Assembly: GCF_004010195.1 (NCBI RefSeq)
Contig: NC_057718.1
Coordinates: forward strand, 45,919,240-45,968,669
DNA length: 49,430 nucleotides
Reading direction: 5' to 3'
DNA from: Chiloscyllium plagiosum
Taxonomy: Eukaryota
Part shown: positions 39,161-49,430 of the stretch, piece by piece
How positions within the stretch are numbered: the first letter of the stretch is position 1
How the letters are laid out: every line of letters starts with the position of its first letter
Program-made: the position numbers and the translations under genes
Notes under the pieces: model-generated
The model's database searches: none
The model's input: only the letters and a program-made list of their open reading frames with translations
Told to the model about the DNA's origin: nothing

Positions 39161-42100
39161 TTCAGTATTAATAATCAGGAGATTTTACCCAAATAAATGT
39201 TAGCCTCTACACCAATGAATTTTTAGAGTGTACTAACAATGAAAAGAGTGTAAATTTCAAGTTTGCAAATTACTATGAAATATTATTGAATGAACACTCA
39301 AAAATACATATTAATTGTCTATTCTACTATTTTAACAAAGACATATGCGACACCTTGAAAACTACTGTAAGAAATGTTATTGTATAAATGCTTATATCAT
39401 TCGTATCAAATTTGTTTCCATAGATAAGATAAGTGAGTTTCAAAATTTAAGTTTTAAAATTAAAACTTGAGAAACAATTTTCCATAGTTCTATGCCTGTA
39501 TCGAGAAAAAATATAACAGATTATGAAACATCAAATGCTTTGATGTTGCTGTACTTAAGTTGTTTCTGAGTGTAGGTTTAAAATGCCCAGGTTCATCTCT
39601 GCTGATTCTGGCTGCATTTCCTCACTCCACTCATTAGTACTGCATGGGCAAGCATCAGGCAGAATTACCAATGCCTATTCACCATTCACCCATTAGTGAA
39701 TGAGAACTGGTGATCTCTTGCAGCTTTTGAAAGCCTATGACAATTTAAAGGGTCAATGTTTCCATCTAACTGTTCATACACGAAGTGCCACCCTAACTCC
39801 TATACTCAATACTCTGACTAATGAAGGCAAGCGTGCCAAATGCCATCCTGTTTATCTGCAACGTCATTTTCAAGGAACTGTGGACCTTCACACCTACGAC
39901 CCTATGTTAAAACCCATATCAACAGTATTACTATGATTAACCTTGTCTGTTACTTCTTCAAAAAACTTAGTTCAGCATGTAGTTGCCTGGCTTATTTTTG
40001 TTTGAACAATGCTTGCAATTCTCCGGTTCTCTGACACCACCCCAGTGTCTCAGGAAAACTGAAAAATTATTGCATGTATCTCGGCAATTTTCATTCTGTG
40101 TTCCCACAGTATCCTTGGATGCAACTCATTTCATCTTTATGTACAAACAGTCCATAAAAATTTTAAATCATTTTAGATGTCTGAAAATCCTTCTCTTTCA
40201 CCAAGTCCTCAGTAGCATCTCCTTCATTGTTAAGCTAGGATTAAAAATATTTATGAATACTTCAGCAATGCCCTTTGCCTCAACGTATAATTTCCTTTTG
40301 AATCATTATGTGGATGGTTCCATTCCTCTTACTTCACTTTTGATTACTTATACAACAGTTGAACAATAATATTCAGTAATGTTCTATACTTAATTTAGTA
40401 CTAATTTTTTTTAGTGATAGAAATGTCAATCTGATAAAATTTCAGTGCACCTTTATCACCAAATCAGAATGTGGGAGCCTTTCTATTAAAATGTTATGTG
40501 GTATACAAAATTGTTCTCTTTTTCAATTTTTTTTATCACTTCGGAGGGAATGATTCAAAACTGAACAAGTCAAACTTATAAATGGTCTAAGTCATGGTGT
40601 ACTCATTCATTGGTTTGTGTATTATTTCATTGATCTTCCTCCAGCTTTCACTTCACATGTAGTATTGGTGCTGATGTATTATTTCTATCTTGATCCCAAA
40701 TTTCAAGTTTTTTTTAACAGTAGACAATGTTTCGGACCCTTTGCTGCCATTTGAGTTTAATAGGCTCTTCCCAATGAGGCCAGAAGTAAATTCTCATCAA
40801 ATATCATCTGGTTCAGTCATCCTTATCTTTTTGTTCATGTTATAATACAGCTGAAACTGCAAATCAGGACTCTATCAAAAGTAGCAGATGGTCGCTGGTG
40901 TCCTTCAGAATCCTGAATGTGTTTTCAAACAGCTTTTTATCACATTAATGACAGTTTGTGCATTAAATTCCTGCATTCAGATTATACATATTATTTAGAA
41001 TTAATTCCTGAATTACCAATATTCAGATAGAACATTGAATCTTGAATGTAATGCTTTAATGTTCTAATGATAGTTTTAAAAAACCTGCAAATGGAAATCT
41101 TAAGCTAATTTAATGAGTATAGTCATATTGGTAATTCTGGAATGAAAAAGCTCAGGATAAATATTTTTCATGCAAAAAGAGAAAGCAGCAGTATTCGATG
41201 GCCCAGTGTGAGTAGCTGTTTATATCCTCTAAAAGTTCTTCTCTTCTCTGAAGGGCAGGCTGATTGCTATCCCTGCATCAGATTAAGCCCAACTGTTAAG
41301 ATTTGCAGTTTTATTACAAGTATCAATGTGATTATGTCTCTCCAGAGCTTTCAAATTGTGTCATATTAGTTTTTGTACTTGAATAGTTTTCATTTATTAA
41401 CTCATGCAATGTAACTGTAAATTATATATTAACTCATATTTTACCATCGAAATAGTTATTATTTTGTTTGTCCTCCTTAAATGGAAAATATGCCAAAAGA
41501 TAATTTCAGGACCTGAAGCTCGATGGGAAATGTTAAAAATCAAGTAAAATGGTGTTTAATTTGAATTGGCAATCTTTTTCTTTGCATGAAATGGGACTGA
41601 AAATGTTTTAGGAAGTTGATTTGACCTCATTCGTGGTTTCTATAGGAGAGAAATTCTGCATAAAGTTCAAGGTGCAGGTGGGTATGACCACTTTTGATGG
41701 GAAAGGTTGACAGTGCAATAAAGTGACAGTTGCAGGTTTGTGTTAGAGATTCAAGGCTGAAAAATGACAATTAACAGAAGCATAATTAGTTATTAGTTAA
41801 GGACTAATTTGAGCCCTGGATGTCCAGCAAAACCAGACAGTCATGCAGTTAAAATGGGTCCACCCATGTGACAAACCCTATCCTTGTACTGGATAAAATG
41901 AAATGTGATTAATATTTTAGAACAGTCAAATGTCAAAGGATCTCAAATGTACATTTGAAACTAGTGTCCCCTGACCGTTCAAAAGTGCTAGGTCCTGCAG
42001 CACAAATTGATTAAACAAAAGACAAGTTTCTTAGGAGAGAGAGCCGTAGAGATTGAGAAGGCCCTTGTAACATAATACCACATGATGTTCATGGAATATT

Positions 42101-44076
42101 CATCAAATATGGCAATCAAACTGGTAAAGATCATTCAACATAATTATTCAGAATCAATTACCAATTCTCAGATACAGAGAAGTCAATAGATGACGTCAAT
42201 TTGAAGAAGGTCCTGAGGAATAGAATACAGGAGATCAAAAACTGAATAGTGACAATGTGAGTGATTATTACACAGAAGACAAAGCTTTCAAATCAAAAGA
42301 TAAATTGTCCAATGTGCGTATTTGATGTCATCATCCAGAGTTGACTACTGAATGAATGGATGTGACAACTTTGGGGTGTTTAGGATAAGCTACCAGCAAA
42401 TTTAAATATTGATTGAATGTTCAGGATGATAACCGTTAAATGAGATCCATAGAATTGCAAAATGTGGAGAGTATGACAGCTGACAATGGGATTGGAAATG
42501 ACTGTTGATCATGTATTGACAAAAGATAGAACAAGAGGGCAAGCTTGCAGCTATAGTCTGGGCAGGCATTAAAGTGCAATAAAGGCCATAAATAAACAAT
42601 GAATAAAGACCAATTAATAGCTTGAGAATAAAACTAGAAAGAGTTTTATGATCATGATCGTGACATTTTGGGGGGGTGGGGGGTTCCAATAAATTTGAAA
42701 GCAAACTAATAAGAGAGGCAAAGCAAAGGAATAGTTGATAAGATTTTGGGGTTTTTCCTGATGTATCAAATAAAGACTACCATCTTTGTCACATAAGTGG
42801 ATTTGCACTGAAAAGATCCTTGCAGATGGGACGTATAAGGATTAGGAAAGTTCCTTGCTAAGAGTTTTGAAGAGAAATAACGTGATACAAATACTGGAGT
42901 GGATATTCCCATAGTTGGAAAAATAATCTTGAAAATCTTCTTAGCATTTTTGCCCACAGGTTCACAGTAGTGTGGATCAATCAACATAACTACTATACCT
43001 CTCCACGGCAAGATGTTTCTGAGAGAACTATTTCAGAAGTGACCAATGAGACAGTGGATGCCTATAGAACTGATGGAAACTTAATATATATTTCTATAGT
43101 TGCTGCTTCTAGGATGTGGTATTTTTCTGTGAGATCTGTTTTACTCCAAATGGATTCAACTCAAAGCAAACTCCACAATTTTTATTTGTGTTATAGAAGA
43201 AAGCATTCAGGCTTTTTCATGATGGTTGTTCATTTCTTACATGGTGATACTGTGAAATTTGAGTCATAGGTTATCAATAAGAATAGAGTAAAAAATAAAA
43301 TTGGAAGTCATCCTCATGGGTGTCTTAAATATGTTGGTTTCTATATTAAGTGGAGTAAATCTGAAATAACTTTAAATCACCAGATGTATTCAGAGAGTGT
43401 TTCTCCCATCTTAGTCAATCATACTAAGTCTCACAGAATGATGATATACCTAAAAAGAACAGACAGAGAATTTGCTCTATTGAACAGGCTGGAAGCTCTG
43501 ACTAGACCAGATGCTAGATTTTGCTGTATTGGAGTTAAGTGTGAAGAAGAAGCGTTTTAAAGTGGCAAATGTTTTAAGGACAAATAAAACAGGAAAAGAA
43601 AACAATTTGGACAAAAGACCCCAACCACAGGTGATTCAAAACACATGAATCCAGTCACTTTTCAAAATGTTTCACATGTTAATCTTCCTGTTGGATATTC
43701 TTGTGTTACTGGTTTGTAATGTTTCTTGATGGACGTGGGAAATGTTGTCTTAGGAAGTTGAGAAGGTAAAAATAGGATAAAATATTTTAGTTGTTGATAT
43801 GCAGATGCTTGTGGAGTAAATGGATAAAGGATTTTATTTGTTAAATATTTTAAATGAAATTTTTTGCTAGGGTTGTACTGAAAATTGAATACCGATTTAA
43901 TGTTATGTGGAGAATTATTTCTCTTGAATAATGCAAATTCAACTAAAATGGTGAGTGAAAAAGGGTTTTCGATTTACCTTGCTGACTTGAAACAAATGCA
44001 AGATAGAAAGAAAATCTCGAAAATTAAATGCGTGAATGTAAATGATCAATTATCAATTGTTTGATTGTTTCCAAGA

Positions 44077-44160
44077 GGCGTGGTGCTGTGTGAAGCACAG
44101 CAGGTCAGGCAGCATCTGAGTAGCAGGAGAATCGACGTTTTGGGCATAAGCACTTTCACC
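44077..44160 (-). mobile_element. Solo PLE family A-related fragment
   Basis: CAGCAGGTCAGGCAGCATCTGAG..GCAGGAGAATCGACGTTT; TSD TTGTTT(T)CCAAGA. Confidence 0.85.
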
Positions 44161-44346
44161 TTGTTTTCCAAGAAGAAATGCATGTAAAAATAACTGTTTG
44201 TGATCCTTAGAGGAGGGTGAATTTACAATATAATGCGTTATGCAGAGTATTGAAATTTTTAAATTAATTTATTTTGAAATTTTGGTTATGCATATTAATT
44301 CTTAATGTTAGAGGGAGAGAAGGAAATCTGTTAATTGTATATTAAT

Positions 44347-45315
44347 TGTTGTAGTTCTGTTCGCCGAGCTGGGAATTTGTGTTGCAGACATTTTGTCCCC
44401 TGTCTAGGTGACATCTTCAGTGCTTGTGACCCTCCTGTGAAGCGCCTCTGTGATCTTTCCTCCGGCATTTGTAGTCGTTTGAATCTGCCGCTTCCGGTTG
44501 TCAGTTTCAGCTGTCCGTTGCAGTGGTTGATATATTGGGTCTAGGTCAATGTGCATATTGATTGAATCTGTGGATGAGTGTCATGCCTCTAGGAATTCCC
44601 TGGCTGTTCTCTGTTTGGCTTGTCCTATAATAGTAGTGTTGTCCCAGTCGAATTCATGTTGCTTGTCGTCTGTGTGTGTGGCTACTAAGGATAGCTGGTC
44701 GTGTCGTTCATGGCTAGTTGGTGTTCATGGATGCAGATCGTTAGCTGTCTTCCTGTTTGTCCTATGTAGTGTTTTGTACAGTCCTTGCATGGGATTTTGT
44801 ACACTACATTTTGTTCAATGTAGTGTACAAAATCCCATGCAAGGACTGTACAAAACACTACATAGGACAAACAGGAAGACAGCTAACGATCCGCATCCAT
44901 GAACACCAACTAGCCACGAACGACACTTCCAGCTATCCTTAGTAACCACACACACAGATGACAAGCAACATGAATTCGACTGGGACAACACTACTATTAT
45001 AGGACAAGCCAAACAGAGAACAGCCAGGGAATTCCTAGAGGCCTGGAACTCATCCACAGATTCAATCAATAAGCATGTCGATCTGGACCCGATATACCGA
45101 CACTGCAACTGACAGCTGGAACTGACAACTGGAAGCGGCAGATTCAAACCACTATAAATGCCGGAGGAAACATCACAGAAGCACTTCACAGGAGGCTTCC
45201 AAGCACTGAGGATGTCACCTAGACAGGGGACAAAATGTCTGCAACACAAATTCCCAGCTCGGCGAACAGAACCACAACAACGAGCACCCGAGCTACAAAT
45301 CTTCTCACAAACTTT
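44347..45315. mobile_element. PLE family B fold-back (palindromic) insertion encoding a GIY-YIG endonuclease fragment
   Basis: NVVYKIPCKDCTKHYIGQTGR GIY-YIG motif on both strands; arms 44347-44810 and 44817-45280; TSD TATTAATTGT at 44340-44349 and 45319-45328. Confidence 0.93.
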
Positions 45316-45793
45316 TTTTATTAATTGTACCATAGTGGTGGGTATTAACTGGGGATTCACTCAGGTCCCCATAAATAGGTACAGATTAAACTGTGATGGT
45401 TGGGGTTAGGAGATCTGTGCTTGTAATTTTAAGTCTAGAAGACAAAAGTAAACACTTGTATAGATTAGTTCCAATTGTGTCCTTCACACATATCAACTTT
45501 CTATAGAAACATAGATAATAGGAGCTGGAGTAGGCCATTCAGTCCTTCGAGCCTGTGTTGCCATTCAATATGTTCATGGTTGATCATCCAACTCAATACC
45601 CTGTTCCTGCTTTCTCTCTGTACCATTTAGTCTCTAAAAAACATAGCTAACTCCTTCTTGAAAACATTCAATGTTTTGGCCTCCATTGCTTTCTGTAGCA
45701 GAGAATTACATAGGCTCATCATTCTCTGGATGAAGAAATGTATTTGCATCTCATACCTAAGTGGCCTAGCCTGTATCCTTAGGCTCTGGTTTT

Positions 45794-45929
45794 TAGATCA
45801 GAGTGGTGCTGGAAAAGCACAGCAGGTCAGGCAGCATCCGAGGAGCAGGAAAATCGAAGTTTCGGGCTTTTCCAGCACCACTCTGATCTGAACTCTGGTT
45901 TCCAGCATTTTGAGTCCTCACTTTTGCCT
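45794..45929. mobile_element. Small fold-back PLE (family A-related) without cargo
   Basis: AGATCAGAGTGGTGCTGGAAAAGC inverted at 45866-45889; TSD TTAGGCTCT at 45779-45787 and 45932-45940. Confidence 0.85.
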
Positions 45930-47020
45930 CTTTAGGCTCTTGTTCCGAGTCCGGACTCACTGGTCATTGAGAACATCCTTCTTCCATTTTCTCTGTCCGG
46001 TTCTGTTAGAATTTTATAAATTGAACTCCAGTGAATATCATCCGAAATGATCCAATTTCTTTTTAGACATCCTCTGACCATCCCAGGAATCAGTCTGGTG
46101 ACTTTGTTGCATTCCCTCCAAAGTCAGAACATCCTGATTCAAATAAGGAGACCGACCTGCACACAATACTCCAAGTCTGATCCCACCAAGGCCCTGCACA
46201 ATTCCAGCAAGACATCCCTGCTCCTATTCTTGAATCTTCTCACTATGAAGGCCAACATGCCTTTCGCTTTCATTACCACTTGCTGAATCTGCACACTTGG
46301 CTTCAGTGACTGGTGTATAAGGACACCCAGGTCTCATGGTACTTCTCCCTTTCCTAATCTATCGGCATGCAGATAATAATCTTTCTTCCTGTTTTTTATA
46401 TACCAAAGCAGATAACCTCACATTTATCGGCCATGTTTTGCTCATTCAATTGACTTGTCCACACTATACTGAAGTATCTCTGCATCCTCCTCAGTTCACT
46501 CTCCACCCTGCTTTGTGTTGTCTGCAAACTTGAAGATATTATGTTTACTCACCTCATCTAAATCTTTAATAGAGAACATGAATAGTTGGGGTCCAAGCAC
46601 TGATCCCTGCACTACCCCACTAGTCACTGCCTGCCATTTTGAAAAAGACCTGTTTATTTGTATTTCGTTGTTTCTTGTCTGCCAGCCACTTCTGTATTCA
46701 AGTCAGAGTGCTACCTGATTCCATGCACTTTAACCTTACAAGCTAATATCCTATATGGAACCTTATCAAAAGACTTCTGAGTAAACCACATCCACGAGCT
46801 CCTCCTTGACAATTCTACTAGTTATAGCCTCAAAAAATGCCAGTAGATTCATCAAGCACAATTTGCTTTTTGTAAATCCATGCTGACTCTGTCTGATCCT
46901 GCCATTGTTTTCCAAGTGTTTTTCTATTAGTTTATTTATAATAGACTGTAGTATTTCAGTTTCTATCAGTTAGGATATCAGTTTCTATGCTGTCTTATTT
47001 TCTGTCTAACTCCTTTTTTT

Positions 47021-47307
47021 CAAAGTCAGAAATCACACAACACCAGCTTATAGCCCAACAGGTTTATTTGAAATCACAGGTTTTTGGAGCACTGCCAAGG
47101 GAGAAGTACCATGAGACCTGGGTGTCCTTATACACCAGTCACTGAAGCCAAGTGTGCAGATTCAGCAAGTGGTAATGAAAGCGAAAGGCATGTTGGCCTT
47201 CATAGTGAGAAGATTCAAGAATAGGAGCAGGGATGTCTTGCTGGAATTGTGCAGCACTGTGACTTCCGACTTTGCCCACCCCAGTCCAACACAGGAACTT
47301 CCACATC
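47021..47307. mobile_element. PLE family C inverted termini enclosing a 158-bp inverted copy of 46194-46351
   Basis: Left arm CAAAGTCAGAAATCACA... versus right arm TGTGACTTCCGACTTTG + tail; TSD TCC(T6-7)CAAA at 47011-47024 and 47306-47318. Confidence 0.82.
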
Positions 47308-48599
47308 CTTTTTTCAAATAGTGGGGTTATGTTAGGTTCCCTCCAGTCTATATAAACTGTTCCAGAGTCTTTAGAATCTTGAAAGATAGCCATCAATGCA
47401 TCCACTATTGCTAGGCCCATGTTTTTGTTGCCACTCCTGGAATAGAAATTGGGAACTTATAGCTGATGAGACAGCACTTGACTGGTCTTTTATGAGATCC
47501 AGCCAGATCCAGTGGTGGAAAGCTAAACCAGTTGTCCAATATATCCTTTCAAATCTAAACTTAAGGGAATACAGATGAGGGTAATAGAAGAGGGAATCAG
47601 TGAGGGTAAAAGAGAATATTACTGAGGATGTACAGATCTAATGTAGAAGAGGGTGTGGCTGAACAAATCTGTAGCTGCAGAAATGCTGTGGCAAATGGCA
47701 GAGGGAAAGATCAGTAAAAGAAAACTGCAGTAATCATTGGAGATAAATGTATTGGTCATGCTGGAGCTCCACTTCGAAACACCAAAAATAGGTCAGGCCA
47801 GTGTGTATCATTCACAAGTTTTACTGGATTTTTCCATTCTTGGACAGGATGAAAGGATACACAATTAGGATTGGACAGTGCAGTTTTGTGTGAACTGGTA
47901 GATAGCTTTTCCTTAGAGCGGATGTAGAGGAGGTTGTGTTGGAAATTGAAAGGGATGGAGGGAAAAGCGATAAAAGAACCGGATCAGAGATGGGTTATGT
48001 ATGATTGATGCCATGGGATTTGTGTATTGAGGTGGTAAAATTCAGGTTAACGACAGATTTCAGATTCGTTTCATTCATATCAGCGACAGAAATGATTCGC
48101 AGCATCAGTTTTAGCACTGTGCAGTATTCCATTAGCAATAAAGCTCATGAACCTACTCCCATTCATAACCAATCCCTGCATTATCAAATACAACTGTTTT
48201 TTGCAATGCAACTTAAAATTTGACTGCCAAGCCCACAGAATATGAATTTACTTTACAGATGTAAGTGTGATATTTTAACAAAGGCTTTTCCAAAATCAAT
48301 CTATGCTGTGAAGTGCAGCAGACCTAGACTTGCATCAGTAAGTCAGATTTTTATTCAATGGTGCTCTGCAGAGTTGAATATCCCAGAGTGTTTTGTGTCT
48401 GTCCATTTGATTACCCAGTGGAAGACCTCCAGGGCAAATTTTATGTAAGCCTGGAATAATCCGCTGTAGTTTTTCAAAAATTAGATTTAGCTTTTGAGAA
48501 GCTTGGTCTTGGATAAAATTTGCAACAGGCCTGTAAGAGAAACTGATGAAGAGAAAGATAAAAGTCAGACTGTTGCGGGGATATATACTTGTCTTTTTG

Positions 48600-48835
48600 T
48601 TATGCTTTTCAACGATGTCATGCACTGGAAGACCTGGCACAAACAGCAAAACGAAGGATAAACACATGGAAAGGAGGAACAGAAGAATAATTTACTATTT
48701 CATCAGATTGATCTTCACATCCTCCTTGAGAAGCCATGTCAGAACCAGTCTGCATTGGTGGGGAAAGTATCAAACAAAGCTGCAAACCAGTGCTACAAGA
48801 CTTTTGCTGATCTGATGAGGATTGTCAAGGTAACA
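48600..48835 (+). pseudogene. Possible Myb/SANT-like (Harbinger accessory gene) remnant
   Basis: ALEDLAQ..KRR and VSNKAANQCYKTFADLMRIVK followed by a GTAA donor resemble the QCRKKFNDL end of Myb/SANT-like domains. Confidence 0.4.
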
Positions 48836-48852
48836 CACCAGCTGTACGATCT

Positions 48853-48975
48853 TAAAAGCAAATACTGCAGATACTGGAAATCTGAAATGAAAAGAGAAAG
48901 TACTGGACAAACTCTGCAGGATCAAAACAGGAGTCATGCCAGTCTTGAAACATTGACACCATTTCTCTCTTTGCA
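48853..48975. mobile_element. Old PLE family D terminus, possibly fold-back
   Basis: AAAAGCAAATACTGCAGATACTGGAAATCTGAAAT, then a sense-like GAGTCAT...TTGAAACATTGAC. Confidence 0.5.
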
Positions 48976-49009
48976 CTGTACAAAAAAGTCATCATTTTGC
49001 ATTCAAGTT

Positions 49010-49430
49010 AAGGAAGGTGACTGAGGTGTCAGTGGGGCACTTTGGGGCCAGCGACCATAATTCTATTCGTTTTAAAATAGTGATGGAAACGGATAGACCA
49101 GATCTAAAAGTTGAAGTTCTAAATTGGAGAAAGGCCAATTTTGACGGTATTAGGCAAGAACTTTCAAAAGCTGATTGGAGGCAGATGTTCACAGGTAAAG
49201 GATGGCTGGAAAATGGGAAGCCTTCAGAAATGAGATAACAAGAATCCAGAGAAAGTATATTCCTGTCAGGGTGAAAGGGAAGGCTGGTAGGTATAGGGAA
49301 TGCTGGATGACTAAAGAAATTGAGGGCTTGGTTAAGAAAAAGAAGAAAGCATATGTCAGGTATAGAGAGGATCGATCGAGTGAATCCTTAGAAGAGTATA
49401 AAGAAAGTAGGAGTATACTTAAGAGGGAAA
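49010..49430 (+). mobile_element. 5'-truncated CR1 ORF2 fragment running off the window
   Basis: SDHNSIRF (end of APE endonuclease)...LNWRKANFDGIRQEL. Confidence 0.92.

Larger units (their letters stand above)
45505..47415 (-). mobile_element. Degraded CR1 LINE (RT to 3' end) with two nested PLE insertions
   Basis: Antisense QGSVLGP (GGTCCAAGCACTGATCCCTG), KFAD (TCTGCAAACTT), DWR..NITPLF.K. Confidence 0.88.

Noticed and set aside
41640..43800. Possible decayed LTR + gag (GATCGTGACA followed by TTTTGGGGG)
   Set aside because: Only a suggestive LTR-end/PBS-like junction; no protein motif or second LTR found.

Overview
Repeat-rich, apparently non-genic DNA from a cartilaginous fish. It is probably a shark, inferred from HE1/V-SINE copies and CR1/HER1-type LINEs. 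I found no intact host protein-coding exon, and the interpretable ORFs derive from transposons. Contents: many CR1/L2/Rex1 LINE fragments, three young HE1-like V-SINEs and older SINEs, a decayed Gmr1-type Gypsy element (gag-PR-IN-RT-RH order, minus strand, 32.7-38.1 kb), a probable solo LTR, PIF/Harbinger remnants, and about a dozen Penelope-like element (PLE) insertions from at least four families whose termini carry minimal hammerhead ribozyme (HHR) motifs. The main unexplained signal is that PLE termini repeatedly bracket foreign DNA inside a single target-site duplication (TSD). Examples are inverted copies of DNA lying about 0.8-0.9 kb away (212 bp at 17.1 kb, 158 bp at 47.1 kb), a 10-bp miniature at 26.9 kb, an internal CR1 piece at 1.5-2.2 kb and a 2.6-kb cargo at 8.3-10.9 kb. 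Several of the breakpoints fall in the HHR stem II hairpin. Family names A-E are my own labels. All alignments were done by eye, so boundaries of old repeats are approximate.
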